A stretch of DNA of 64,000 bases from Syncephalis fuscata S228 (Eukaryota; Fungi; Zoopagomycota): positions 62,001 to 126,000 of the forward strand of contig JAHLTZ010000025.1 in assembly GCA_025786725.1 (NCBI GenBank), given 5' to 3'. The position numbers were made by a program, and so were the translations under genes. This document shows positions 26,660-40,300 of this stretch, piece after piece. Under the pieces are notes generated by a model. It was given only the letters and a program-made list of their open reading frames with translations. It was not told the DNA's origin and did not search any database. Numbering within the stretch: position 1 is the first letter of the stretch; every line of letters starts with the position of its first letter.

Positions 26660-28150
26660 ATGAGTAGCCAGGACCAAGGTACAACGGCTGTCCGTCAAGG
26701 GTAAGAAGAGGGAATACTGTCAGCGTTATACAAGTGAAACTGACTATACACTTATGGGTGGTCTATTGTATATGTATAGACATGAAGTGAACGCCGAAAA
26801 GCTGGGCACGTATTTACAAGCACATATTGCGGGTTTTAAGGCACCGTTAGTTGTACGGCAGTTTAGCTTTGGTCAAAGTAATCCTACCTTTCTTGTAAAG
26901 GATGCAAAGTAAGTGTTATTTCTACTATGATTTGTGATATCTATAACTATACGTCTATATATCTATATTTAATAATACTTTTTATTTTGTGTGCATTTAT
27001 CTAGTGATGTAGCCTATGTTGTGCGTAAGAAGCCGCCTGGTGAATTACTATCGGCCACTGCACATGCTGTTGAAAGAGAGTTCCGTGTACTTGAAGCACT
27101 TGGACGCAATACAACAGTGCCAGTTCCTAAGGTTTATCATTTATGTGAAGATAAATCAATTCTTGGTACTCCATTCTATGTATGTTTGTTATTAACTATG
27201 TATTACGTGTATTACCTGTATTAACTGTGTCAATAGGTAATGGAATTTGTTAATGGCCGTATATTTACCAATATACGTTTACCTAGTCTTTCGGCACAAG
27301 ATCGCCGTGCTTGGTAAGTATTTACTAAAATAGTAATCATGCACTAATATAGACTAATGTTATTACTATTGCTATATTTATTGTTAACATAGTTGGAACT
27401 CGGCAGTTGAGACGCTAGCTAAACTGCACACAGTTGATTTCAAGGCTATTGGACTCGAAACCTATGGCCGTCCACTGGCTTCTATACACGCCAGATCCGT
27501 TCGTTGCAAGCAGTAACCAAAGCTCAGGCGGCTGTAGTTAACAATCAAGGTGTACCTGTCGACCCCATCTACCGTCTCGATGACATGTTGGCTTGGTTCT
27601 CGCGTAATATGGTCGAGGATATCGGCACGATTGTTCATGGTGATTTAAGATAGATAACCTTATATTCCATCCTACTGAGCCACATGTCATTGCTATACTG
27701 GATTGGGAACTATCAACAATTGGCCATCCATACTCGGATCTATCCAATCTATTACAGCCTTTTTACTCGCGTATAGAAGGAGCAAGCGAGGCCATCACCG
27801 GATTGGCCGTACCTGAAGATAATCCAGAAGGCACACCAACAGTTGACGAACTACTAGAATACTACTGCCAGCTAACCAATCGCCCTTATCCAATTCCTAA
27901 CTGGATGTTCTGCATGGCCTTTTCATTCTTCCGCGTAAGTACAAATACGCATACCAATAATATAATCTATTGCTAATGTTTTGCTCGATAAGCTATGTGT
28001 TATTACTCAAGGTATTGCTGCGCGTGTTGCTAAAGGTAATGCAAGTTCTGCTCAGGCGCAATCTTATGCCAAATTATATGGCCCAGTAGCACGATTAGTT
28101 ACGGAGATCGTGATGCTGGAGATTTTTCAGCACAGAAAAGTAAACTTTAA
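26660..28150 (+). CDS. APH/phosphotransferase-family protein (ACAD10/11 N-terminal-like), probably peroxisomal (-SKL)
   Basis: [12 protein letters not shown]; [25 protein letters not shown]; GTPFYVMEFV; [34 protein letters not shown]-terminus ...AQKSKL* after a 1-nt correction near 28110. Confidence 0.85.
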
Positions 28151-28228
28151 AGCTAATGCATTAATAAAGCTGCCCTTTAATATATAATATACACGATTGA
28201 TCATTTGACAAGTTGAAAATAGCATGAT

Positions 28229-29107
28229 TTAGTAAAATGCAATTGTATGTAACAGAATATCGCCGTATTTCTTTTGAATGTTTTCCAACACCCATTGCAT
28301 TCGTTCATTAATATCATCAGCTGAATTAATCTAATAAGCAATTAATTAATGTTAGTTATGGTCATTAGTAAATAAATGTGACATACAAGTTGAGCTAATT
28401 CAAGAATTTGCTGACCTCCAACAGCTGCATCTTCATGATTATCTCGAATCTAGATAATGTATATATACTTGATTAATTACTTGTTTATAATGTAGTTTGT
28501 TTACGCACTTCAACATTAATAACATGTACAGGCTGATTAAGCTCACCGCCACGAACAGTAAATTCTATACGTTGTTACATATATGTATATATATTAGTTA
28601 TGGCAGTTCATTAAATTAACACGATTGTAGTCATACCATCGCAAATTGCATCAAATACACGCTCTTCACAACTAATAATCACGTCAAATATTCTATTGCA
28701 TTCCTGGAATCGCTCAGGTGCCCGTTTGATATTTCTATTACGATCAAGCATATTAAGAATACCTCGTTGAGCATAACTGGCATATATAAGAAGTCTATTA
28801 GTCATCGATCACTGAACAGTGCTATGGACCCAGTCTACTTACTAATGCTCATCTTTCGTCTTTAGCTCATTATACATCTGGTCGTATGGCGTGCCAAATC
28901 GGTAATTGTTGGGCCGATCCTGCGCTGTACCCGGTAAACGTACCATATTCCAGTACCATAAGACTGGACTTTAAAACCATTCTCTCTAGTGTTATACCGA
29001 TCAATAAACAATAAGCGAATTCCTACAAAAGATCGCTACCTAAGTACGTAGTGCGCCTCCATACTTCGGTTGTTGTTGCTAGAGCAAACAACAGCAAAAG
29101 ACGACAT
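28229..29107 (-). CDS. SSU72: RNA polymerase II CTD phosphatase Ssu72
   Basis: [16 protein letters not shown] catalytic motif; SYGTG..VRLPG; [16 protein letters not shown]; [18 protein letters not shown]. Confidence 0.93.
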
Positions 29108-29149
29108 GATGCAGTGTAAAAGTGATAGATAAGAAAAAACAAGCAATGT

Positions 29150-29675
29150 TTATTAGATTGAATTGTACTCATTAAAACGTTTTAGGCCGATTATTGTTGT
29201 TAACTATGTGTAGAAAGATTGTTTAAATATTAATAAAAGCCATATGGTTGCAATTCCATATCATTTCGCAGTCGTTGTTATACCAATATAAAATATGTAT
29301 GTCATTTAACATTATTATACAATATAATTGAAGCTATTACCCATTTAGTATGCTTTGATGTTAAATGACTAGATTTAATAATATTTATTTTATTGAATAT
29401 GGCGATGGATGGTGAGTGCCATTAAATATCCAATTATACTGATTTGAGTATTTACAAAAACAACACATGGATTAACATTATTATTACTATTATTTATCTA
29501 TTTGTTATATTTTAATAATGTTAAATATTATTTAGCATTTATTAATACTAATATCGAATATTGAAAATAGTACAGACTGATTCATTCAAACTAATTCAAA
29601 TGTAGCTGACATAGCACTGTTTCAACAAATAACAGTTCTTAGTGTTGAAAACTGATTGGCGGTTTTATTACTATT
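29150..29675. repeat. Copy of the modular AT-rich repeat family
   Basis: 29297..29547 is the reverse complement of 1..251. 29550..29670 resembles 32757..32870. 29150..29260 resembles 31920..32015. Confidence 0.85.
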
Positions 29676-29930
29676 ATTTTGTTAAGATGGAATTACAAGT
29701 TCATTATTATAAGCCTGCACAATCGAATAGAAGCAACCAATTGTAAACTTGTTAATAAAATAATGATTTTATTGATTAAAGTGCATAAACCGGAGCATTG
29801 GCCAGTAACTGGTATAAGTCGACTGAACGGCGTAGTTGCTAGATGCTTTTGCTTTTGACGAATATATATTTAAAGTAATCGGGATAGCGGTTTGGTTGCA
29901 CTACCAATGCTAATGTCTTGAGATAATTGA

Positions 29931-30128
29931 TTATCCACACCATTCGCGACATTCCTTATAACGACATTTGTCGTAGTCAAGCCTCCACCAACGAGTGCAG
30001 TCTTTAATGCAAGCTTTGCAATCCGCAGGCTTAATTAAAGATGAATTTGGTTTAGCATCCACCATGGTGGTTGTAGTGGCTATCAAAGCCACAACGACGG
30101 TGCAAACGACGGCAATAGAAAGCTTCAT
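29931..30128 (-). CDS. Small secreted cysteine-rich peptide (65 aa)
   Basis: Signal peptide MKLSIAVVCTVVVALIATTTTMVDA; mature part has 6 Cys, C-x2-C-x3-C-x10-C-x4-C-x3-C; intronless. Confidence 0.8.
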   Translation of the reverse strand: MKLSIAVVCTVVVALIATTTTMVDAKPNSSLIKPADCKACIKDCTRWWRLDYDKCRYKECREWCG

Positions 30129-30420
30129 AGTGGTATTAATTTGTTAAAACAAACAAATAGAACAGGCAGTAGAGTGTGTGATATAAAATGTATAGTAGTG
30201 TGTGTTTGGCAAGAAGTAGAGTGATGATGATATCGCAGTTGGTTGTGTATATTTTGTGGGCTATTTAAACTTATGGTTTACTGAGATGCTAGTATACTGT
30301 AGTATATGAGGTACACTATTAATGTGTAATATGAGCCAATAGAGCAATCCAAATAATGGTTTAAGGTACACATGTCCAGTAGATTCAGGGTGTGCTAGTG
30401 TGCTTCCTAGGCTTAATTTC

Positions 30421-30500
30421 AACTTGTTCTGTCTTGATTTAATCTGTCCGGTCTTGATTTTAGCCTGTCCGGTCTTGATTTTAGCTTGTCTGGTCTTTAC
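30421..30500. repeat. Short tandem repeat, ~21-bp unit, 3-4 imperfect copies
   Basis: tgtccggtcttgattttagcc repeated with variants. Confidence 0.75.
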
Positions 30501-31779
30501 TTCAATCTACCAGTTATGTACACAAATAATATAACAACGTTCATAATCCAGTACATATGTGATAAAAATAGTCATACTAGCCTGTATTTTTTGTTATACG
30601 ATTTAGCTATTTGGTAAAAGCAGGTATATTGTTTGGCTTTGTAAAGCGATAATGATGTTTTGCTGCCATTTCCACTGATCTGGTCCTCAATATCTGCATA
30701 CATACAAAAATAGCACACAATACTGATACAAAACAAGTTTAATATATCAAACTGGTATTTTATACAGGTTTTACAGCCATACATGGGTCAGCCATGATTT
30801 TTAAATTATAAATGTGTTGATTGGTACATGTATGCATTTCATTCGACACTATACCCATTTTATGGGGCAATAGTTGTTTCGAATTCACAAATGCATCGCA
30901 TCCAGACATATCATGCCACATGTGCAACTACGATCATTCAAACGACGGTTAATCTAAGTTATCTGAAGCTGCCTATACAATAAGTACTGTTTGTAGGATG
31001 ATGCACCAGGAAATTCTGAGCAATGAAACATTCCAACAAGTTATTTTTATCAGTTTTTCAGCTGTAGACTAATTGCATTGGTTAAATTATACGCAATGCG
31101 ATATGTGGACACTAAACTAGACGCTGTAGAAAGTCCTACCCAAATATCAGCAATTTCAAGTGCATAGTAGCTGTGGATTGTATATCAATTGGCAATCATC
31201 CAAGGCCTAAGTACTGCTTACATTTCTGAAACCAACTCTGACAACAAGTTAAGCAAGATGGAGTGTAGAAGAACAAGCCGAAGAAGAACTAATAGAAAAA
31301 AATTAGAAGCTCGAAGGTTTACTGGTTTAACCTACAGCAAACCATTGTAGTTATGCTAAGCTAGACTGCATTTATCAAAAAGTCGACTGTTGCTGATGCA
31401 ACCAGAACAGCAGCAACGCTAAACCGAGAGAACGCACAGCAAACAAAGAGTCATAAATAAAATTGAATCAATGAGTTTAGTTTGTAAATAGTTTATTATT
31501 GTCACTATAATTTATAATCCTGGTTGTTTGTATAAATAAATATTTACAATCACATTGTAACTTCTTATATACTCACATGTACACGACCACCAACTAAGCC
31601 AATTATTATAAGGCTTAATCTAATTATCTATCAGAGCAAGCAGCTAACATTATACATTATTGCAATAATAGAAAAACAGATTAATTCTATTTATTGCCCA
31701 TTAACAAAAGCTGTATAGCTATATTAAAATAAAACAAAACATTAGATTGAGCGAGTAATATTTATATGATCAAGTCATT

Positions 31780-32020
31780 TTTACTTTGACTCCCACATTT
31801 TGAGTTCTTAAAGTAAAATTCATTTCAATTAAAGTCGCACTATTATGCGCAACACAATTATATTGCTTCCTATTAAGTGTTGTTAATAGATTGATTTGAA
31901 TAAAAAATGTAACATACTAGTTGATTTCATTGAAACATTTGAGGTCGATTATTGTTGTTGTTGGCCATGTGTAGAAAGATTGTTCGAATATTAATAAAAA
32001 CCATATGATTGCAATTCTAG
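31780..32020. repeat. Copy of the modular AT-rich repeat family
   Basis: Reverse complement of ~365..600 (ttgttgttgttggccatgtgtagaaagattgttcgaatattaata). Confidence 0.85.
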
Positions 32021-32253
32021 GCCATTCTACATCTGTTGTTGCATCTGAATGGTCTTTTCTATTTTCCAATATTCCACTATTGCATTTTGGGCATATTTGT
32101 GATGTAAGATCAGGATTAATATAAAAGTCGTTTATTAAACAGCCACTTTTTTATAGCCAATCTGACTAAATAAATGGCATTTTAAGCAATTTATAGCATA
32201 ATGACAATATATATATTAAAGCAATAATAAAGATAACTAATTAATTACATTAT

Positions 32254-32878
32254 TGTATATTTAATTACACATGAGTTGATTAATGTTGGATGTAATATTA
32301 TACATGCTATAGTGATGAGTGAATGTTTAATTGTATTTAAAAATGTGAGAGTTAAAGTACAGTAGAAACATTAAGGCCATTTAATACTAAAGTTGTTGTT
32401 ATAGAGCGTACTGCCAATAAATTACTGAGTGTAATAGGAAATACAATCAAAGTCAATGCTTCTTAAGACAAGCGTAGCCATAGAAGGTGTCATTATTGAA
32501 ATAATGAAACATAGTCATATTCTAAAAGATGGATCAATAAATTAATAATTTAAATGAATGAATAAATAGTGCGATGTTAATGCCAGCAGAAACATGCACA
32601 GTATATTCAGTACAATGGCCAGTGGTGAATCAAGCCCTTCTGATTTCTTACCGCCTATTATTATAAGAAATCAAACTGACACTGTTGCATCAACATTACA
32701 ATCAAATGTAGCATTTTATTGTAAGTAGCATGAAATACTACTTAATATTTATTTTGATATTGAAAATTGCGCAGATTAATTGACACTAATTAGCTCAATC
32801 GGAGTTGATGTGGCACTGCTTCAACAAATAGCACTTTCCAATAGTAAAAACTGATTGACGGTTTACTATTCGAGTTAT
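32254..32878. repeat. Young dispersed repeat; inverted copy at 53103..53728
   Basis: About 490 bp nearly identical in reverse complement to 53240..53728, then more diverged out to 53103. Confidence 0.9.
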
Positions 32879-33060
32879 GGATCTTTTTATCCTAGTTTGA
32901 GGTTAAAGAGTCAAAGTACAGTAGCTTTGTTTATTAATCAAAAAATAATGAGTGCTATTCAGTAGACGCTACACATGAATGGCAGTGTGTGGTCCACAGT
33001 GTGACGTTGACTATAGACAATGCTACACTCATTCATTGATAATAAGTAGGGTCATTTCTA

Positions 33061-33978
33061 TTATTGCTCGTCAGTATCATCCACGACCCAGTCCATGGTA
33101 GATGGCATAGAGATTCTGATGTGTCTAATAGGCATGTCAGCCTCTTCTTGCACCTTGGATTCGGCGGCCATTGCTGGTTCAACGTCATCCTTAGTCTGTG
33201 CAGTCTCTACTGGCTCCACCTCCATCTTGGAATGAAAGGCGGGATGTGGGTCAATGAAGGGCAATTGATTCATTTGACGGCCATGATACGGGTGAGATGG
33301 CTCGTCTCTTGAAAAGAAGTTAAAGAATTTACCGGCTGCACCAGAAATACCGGCACCAATACCATTTTCAAACATCGATCTTGATTCATCGTGATATGAT
33401 GGTGGTCGACTTCTCTCCTCTTGTTCCGCTTTGGCACGCTCCGTGTCTAAAATAAATCGTTCATTTGGATTATAGAATGGATCTTGGTTAAAGAAGAAGC
33501 GCTGTTGCTTCATAAGATTCATTCGGTCTTCTTCCGCGTCCTCGTCGATGGCATCTTCACTGGCTTCCATATCTTCTACGGCATCGGTATTGGCATCGGC
33601 ATCGGCGGTAGCAATGAGTGCTGCATCATTCTCACTGACCGGAGCCAATGGTTCAGGACTGGTAAGAGCCGGTGTAGTGGATGGCAAACTAGCTGGTGTT
33701 GGTGGTGTAGCTACTGGTGCAACAGGTATTGGTTTGGCCACTACTGGAATAATAGGCATGAGTGGTGTTAGCGAAGGTACTGCTGAATCCTTGTTAGGTA
33801 CTACTGGGGCGGCCTTTTTCTCCGTGTTAACACCATGTTTGGGAATCCATGCATTCAATTCCAATGCATTTGGAGAAATGGACTGCAATAGCCGATTATC
33901 AATTGGTGCTGCCTCAACGCCATAACTAGTGGCAGCAATTAATAGTAAGGTGATGTAGGTAATAGCTTGGGAATGCAT
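33061..33978 (-). CDS. Intronless secreted low-complexity protein (305 aa; Pro/Ala-rich then acidic)
   Basis: Signal peptide MHSQAITYITLLLIAATSYGVEA-AP; long clean ORF, GC-richer than the flanks; no Cys; no recognisable domain. Confidence 0.75.
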   Translation of the reverse strand: MHSQAITYITLLLIAATSYGVEAAPIDNRLLQSISPNALELNAWIPKHGVNTEKKAAPVVPNKDSAVPSLTPLMPIIPVVAKPIPVAPVATPPTPASLPSTTPALTSPEPLAPVSENDAALIATADADANTDAVEDMEASEDAIDEDAEEDRMNLMKQQRFFFNQDPFYNPNERFILDTERAKAEQEERSRPPSYHDESRSMFENGIGAGISGAAGKFFNFFSRDEPSHPYHGRQMNQLPFIDPHPAFHSKMEVEPVETAQTKDDVEPAMAAESKVQEEADMPIRHIRISMPSTMDWVVDDTDEQ

Positions 33979-35573
33979 ATTGGCTATTCAAAAAGCGTCT
34001 AGAAGCAGTCAAATGGATAGTGTAATTGAGCACTTGTGTAGTAGTATTTACACCACAAACTAGGTGCTAATATATAGAAAAATGGATGCATAATTTGAGT
34101 ATCGTGTTGGTTACCAGTAAGGGTTTGTTATGTTCATACCAAGATTGTTTATCCCTTACAATTTGTAAACATATAATATACATGAATTGTTAGGGTAGCA
34201 CTAATTTAAGGAGTGGCTTGGAAGTCGGAATGTTATGTTTAGACGATCAAATTGACTTTGTTACAACTATTTTATTAGTTCAGCCGCTATTGTTTATACT
34301 ATTGCACAGATATTTTACAAGTGATCTTATTAACAAAATGCTTATTAAAATAGCTAAATTATAACTTATTCAATACATCAATAAATTATCATTATTAATT
34401 ATAATGTGTATGTATTATTACATTCATAATCATTTTTTAATTTATTCATTTATTGTTTCAAGCTTAATAGTGGATTAAGCTATTAATCAGAACTTTAATA
34501 TAAGTACTCAACATACTCAATAATATCATAAATATCTAATTCACTATCTTTCAATATGTGTTATCTAGAATATCCATGACAATTTAACCATAAGGGGCAA
34601 ACTCTAATCGGTTAGACCCCGCTTGCATTAAGCCCCTTGGATTAAATCATAGAATCAGTATCAATTCTAACGTAAATGGTAAACTAGCTATTTGATTCTA
34701 TTCCTTTTACTAAGGTTATGCGGAGTTTTTAACGGCTGGGCAATGAACATAGCATGAGTAGTTAAATCGTAAATATATTAGTTAATTAATATTTATGTTA
34801 ACAGTCTTAATAGCTATATTACCCAATAATATTTAATATTCATTTTATAAATAGACACACACACAGCAATTATTTTTAATTCTGCACACGCTTATCTATT
34901 GCAAATCAACCACTGCATCTCCTTGCTGCATCGATATGCACTATTGGAATGCAGTCATTTACCACTAGTCCAAATCCACTCTAGCGCTTTAATAATAGCT
35001 GTATAGTAGTTTGAAGTAATAAAACTAATCAATCAACAATTGTCCATTAGATCCTAAATTCTAATTGACTATGCTTATTACCAATCATCATCATCTATAC
35101 AGGTTGTAGTCAGGTGAGCTGAACAAATAAATCGCAATGACATCATAAATCGTCTTTATCGACTTGTCGAATATCAACTCCGCAACTGCAAAAGGAGTCA
35201 TGCGACTGCTGTACAGCCTCGATATCAATCTTTGGTATCTATAAACAAGGAGCGCAGATTAGTACGACATAGTCAGGCACGTGTCGGCCATGTTCCATGA
35301 CGGATAAATCGGCACCATAGTAACACACATATTATGGCGAAGTTTTGCGTGTTCGCACTTTCTCTTTCCTACTTACTTCTTACGCTTGCTCGTTCGTTCG
35401 TTCGTTCACTCCTCGTCCACTTACTCTTTGTAGGCGGTAGCAGCTATAGCTATTGTGTATTGAAACACCTTGCTCATTCGCCTGCACACACACACCCACA
35501 CCACACCTGTAATCGTAGTCATAGTCGCTTTTTCAAGCCTAGCTTTGTATATTCCGGTACCTGTCCCAATAAC

Positions 35574-38500
35574 ATGCCTGAACAACAACAACAGCAGCAG
35601 CAGCAGCACAGTGACGAAAATAAGTCTACACCAACGCCGCCGTTATCTTCGTCGGTGCCGTCTTCACCTGCGGCGGTACCTGCCTCGCTTGATCCATTGC
35701 AAGAGCTGGCCGCGCTACGACCGGAGCGTAGTGATTTCGCCCTCCATGTTCAGCGTGCCCAACGTCGACTTCGTAAAGCAGCCTTTACACGCTCGCATTA
35801 TAGTGCCCACGGCCAAGTACATGCCTGTAAGTGGGCTATAGTATATAAATAGATGGATAGATAAAAGCTAATATGATATTAAATGTATTTATTAGCGGAT
35901 TTCCCTGACTATTCACTGCCACAGAATGATCTTCGACAACAATCTGTAGCCATTGGTGGCCTCGAGATTCGTATGCCAGGCAATAATGGTGATCATCGTA
36001 TAAATCGACCCATATCAGCTGGTGATGGCCTTTCCATTTCTATGCCAGTTCGTATGAATGACGACTATCTACCACTGCGTAATTATGCCACTTCTGATGC
36101 CGTCACTACCTCCCGGCCTAGTCGACTACCTTTTATGCGTACCAACACCAATACCAGTTTACAATCTAATGCCACTACAGGTAATCTAGACGATAGTGTA
36201 GGACGGGAGAGGCGCACAAGTGACTATTGGTGGCAATTTCCCGGTCTATTATCATCAAGTGAAAGAACGAGAACGCGAGTAACACGGCCTGGTGGTGGTA
36301 ATGGATTAGACACGCATGATGATACATCAATCGATAGCGATAGTGATATTGGTATACAGATCAATTGGATGAACAAACCGATAAAGCATCGATGGAGGGT
36401 GACTTTGAGGACGATGTCATGGGTCATGGCTATGCTGATTATGTTAATATATCTGGATTGGCCGAGACTGAATCGGGTGAATTCCATGACGCGATGGAAC
36501 GAGCAGAAAGAAATCCACTATTAGATGCTCATCCAGGCTATGCCGGCTACAATGCTATTAGTCTGCCGTGGAATCCACGGGGTGCTCGTAAAACACGCAG
36601 TAATACACCCGAAGTATTAAGAACACTGGTTAAATCGGCGCCCGCAGTTATTGTTGGTACCATTATCAATGTATTAAATGCCGTATCTTATGGTTTGTAT
36701 AATTAATCTATATTTAAAAGCTACTTATTTATATATGTATTTATTTATTAGGCATGATTATATTTCCATTGGCTATAAGCATATTTTCCGATTTTGCACT
36801 AGATGGTGTGGCATTATATTTAATCAGGTTAGTAAAGTCTTTAGCAATAATAATAATAATATAGAAATGGAAGTTAATACATTAACGATTAACTAATAAC
36901 TATTCAATTGTTACTGTTATAGTTCAATTGTCTCTCAGCTTGTCTATTCACTAGGTGGTAGTGCCTTTCCCGGTGCAGTAGGTGGTATGATTCTTGAAGG
37001 TAATATAAACAAATGTAAATGAATAATATCTAATAAATTTGATTTGATTTGATTTTGATTTGATTAATTTGATTTGATTAGTGGCACCATTTCTACACGC
37101 CATGTAAGTAATACAATAGCAATAAAGTAATTAGTTAATTAATATTAAACACAATCTATTATCAATCTAGTGCGTTTATTGTACTTGAAGAAGTCGGTGA
37201 CAAAAATCCATCCGTAGTTACTGCTACTACTATGATAGCCTACGCAGGTAGCGCTATTGTTACTGGCATTGTATTCCTTTTAATGGGCTACTTTAAAGTA
37301 ACTATAACATCCTATTTGACTATCCTGTATTAATAAGATTGATAGTTGGGCTCGTTAATTGGATTCTTTCCACGTCACATTCTTGTAGGATGCATTGGTG
37401 GTGTAGGATGGTTTCTTGTACAGACTGGTATTGAAGTAGCCTGTGGCGTTAATCTAGAACATGACTCATGGTCTGAACTATTTACTTCACGGGCTATTCC
37501 TCTCTGGTCAACTGGTGTATTATTGGCTATTACACTGCAAATGCTACTACATCGAACAAATCACCCACTTACCGTACCAGGATTTCTTTTATGTATTCCT
37601 CTAGTATTCTATATAATATCTGGCTCATTAGGCATTGATATGGATCAATTACGCGAGAATGGCTGGCTATTTAAACTACCTAGTCCAATGAAACCATTCT
37701 ATGAAGTCTATCAACGATTTGGTAAGTATTTAAATCACTGGTTAGTTGTTGTTGTTGCTGTACTAATATTGTATCTAGACTTTACTAATGTGCAATGGTC
37801 GACACTGCCTAAAACATTCCCAGCCATGCTTGCTTTAACATTCTTTTGTAAGTGTACAATCACTATCAATTATAATTAATTAATCATTTGTATTAATAAC
37901 CTTAATAGCTATATTGCACGTTCCTATCAATGTACCGGCCTTGTCAGTTACCATTGCTCAGGATGGTGTTGATCTAAGCCATGAACTATTGGCTCATGGT
38001 GTTTCAAATATTCTATCTGGCCTATGTGGATCTGTTCAAAGTAAGAGACTGGCTACCATTACAATGCAATACTAATGGATCAATCAATCGTTTAAATAGA
38101 CTATTTGGTCTATTCTAATAGTGTATTATTTATTAGATGTGGCGGTAATAGCCGGGTGGCCGGTATTGCTCTAGCCTTGTGCACTCTAATGGCCTTCTTC
38201 ATGGGTCCAGCCATGATTGCTTTTGTGCCAGTCATTGTAGTGGCAAGTCTTATTTTCCATCTTGGTATTGAGCTGCTTAAAGAAGCACTCTATCATCCAT
38301 GGGGTCGTGTTCATCCCTTGGAATATGCCACTATGGTTGCCATTATCCTATCAATGGCCACAATTGGATTTATTGAAGGTGTCTTGGTAGGTAGCTTTTT
38401 GGCCTGTGTCTTCTTCGTTGTGCTCTACAGCAACGACGTGCCGTAAGACGATGGATGACGGGCGGATCAGGCGGTGCCCGTAGTGCCGTAAGACGACCAG

Positions 38501-39888
38501 TACGCCAGCGACAGTATCTAGATGAGTTGGGTGAACAGGTTCATCTATTTGAACTACAAGGCTTTCTATTCTTTGGCACAGTCAATGCACTTGAAGAGAC
38601 TGTAGAACGTATTGTTACTGGGAAGGCGGCACAGCTTTCAGACCAAACAACACTACCTGTTGAACCACACAGGGCATCACATACAGCACTAGGACCTATA
38701 GCTCGATTTATTATTATGGACTTTTCACTAGTAACTGGCCTTGACTTTAGTGCTGCTGAAGCATTGGTACGTGTTAAACGTGTCCTCGCCTCCAACGATG
38801 TATGTCTCGTCGTAGCCGGTGTAGCTGCAGACTCAGACATTGGCCATGCCTTGCAATCAGTCGGCCTATGGGGCGGCACCCGATTAGATGTGTAGTACAA
38901 ATGCCCGTACTGCTCAACAAGCCATGGAATGGTGTGAGAATCAATTACTTAAATGTTATTACGATCATGCCGAAGAGCTTAATAACGTGTTACGACCACC
39001 GCCTGTTGACCCAATTATGATGCAATTAAGTAATTCGCGTCAAGCTGAGGGTAAGAGCATCTAATTACTGTATTCAATAGATGTATTATAACAGTGTTTA
39101 CAGATACAGATAATGAACCACTCCAATTCGGTATGATGACCCCTCGAACCGAAATGATTGCCGAGGCTGCTCGCTATCTACTACCCGATGATACTGCTTC
39201 TACTATAGATGATCAAGGACGGACGGGCAATACACCAAGGGCCCTTTTATGTATGGCATTGGCTAGAGATTTACGGTCATCTACTATTTTGCCACAAGAT
39301 TTGATGAATGATACTAATGGCGATGACGATAATCTTGATAATCCACTAGACTTTGAATCGATAGCATTAAATACTATTGCTATGTCATTTACACGTTGTT
39401 TCTTACGACGTGGACAAATTGTATGGCAGGCCGATTCAATTCCTGACTCAATCTATTTACTCGACCGTGGTACATTAGTGCTACTAGAAAATACGGATAC
39501 ACAACAACAACAACCTCCATCGTATGAACAATCAATTAGTGCACAGCCATTAAACTATAATGCTATTAATACTATCCATGAACATCAATCATATAGACAT
39601 AATAGCAGTAGTGGTACATTTGATGTGCAATATGATCCACTACAAGCAATTAGTCGAGGTGAAGCAACTGTAGTCGAAACTATTCTACCTGGTGCTTTAA
39701 CCGGCAGTGCTGGTCTTATTACAGGAAGACCATCTCCCTACCATTTAGTAGCTGATTCCGATGCTACTGTATGGCGTTTATCAGCCACTGCTTATCGTCA
39801 ACTATGCCATCAACATCCTAATATAGCACTATGGCTTGTATCGTCCCTTATGACTCTCCACACAGGTGATAGGTTTGTGCGGCATTAA
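35574..39888 (+). CDS. SulP/SLC26-family transporter with STAS and cyclic-nucleotide-binding-like domains (Vsb1/YGR125W-like)
   Basis: PAVIVGTIINVLNAVSYG; LGSLIGFFPRHILVGCIGGVGWFL; ILHVPINVPAL; NYLVYSNSVLFIRCGG; STAS LQGFLFFGT...MDFSLVTGLDFSAAEA; cNMP-like GQIVWQADSIPDSIYLLDRG. Confidence 0.88.
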
Positions 39889-40259
39889 ATATATGTATAT
39901 ACATCAATAGATGGGTGTTTTATTAATCTAAAATTGTAAATAAATAGTCAATAATAATAATAATAAATAGTAATGAACTAATTAATTAGTTAATAAATCT
40001 AAAAGAGTAATAGTTTATTATTAATTAATCGTTTCCACTTGTAATTACTTGTCTTTTTGTTTATCATTTGAAACACTTTTAACACATGACCGTTATTATT
40101 ATAATTATTATAATTCTACAAATTAATAAACACCAATTTGTTATCTTTAATCTCGCCTTTATCTTTCTTTCATGCTTTTATTCTCTTCATTCCAATCTGC
40201 ACTTACTTGATTGTTATTAACATTGTTCATTACAAACGCATACATACACGTACTACTTT

Positions 40260-40260
<1 letters not shown>

Positions 40261-40299
<39 letters not shown>
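40261..40299. repeat. (ACT)n microsatellite
   Basis: About 13 ACT units. Confidence 0.9.

Positions 40300-40300
<1 letters not shown>

Noticed and set aside
30540-31460. Possible decayed gene (faint kinase-like SYLVKAGI and coiled-coil EEQAEEELIEK fragments)
   Set aside because: Stops in all frames and no diagnostic motif; needs tBLASTx.
33064-33925. Plus-strand ORFs overlapping the secreted protein gene (similarly 15649-15957, 38541-38900, 41517-41888)
   Set aside because: Antisense shadows of better-supported genes.
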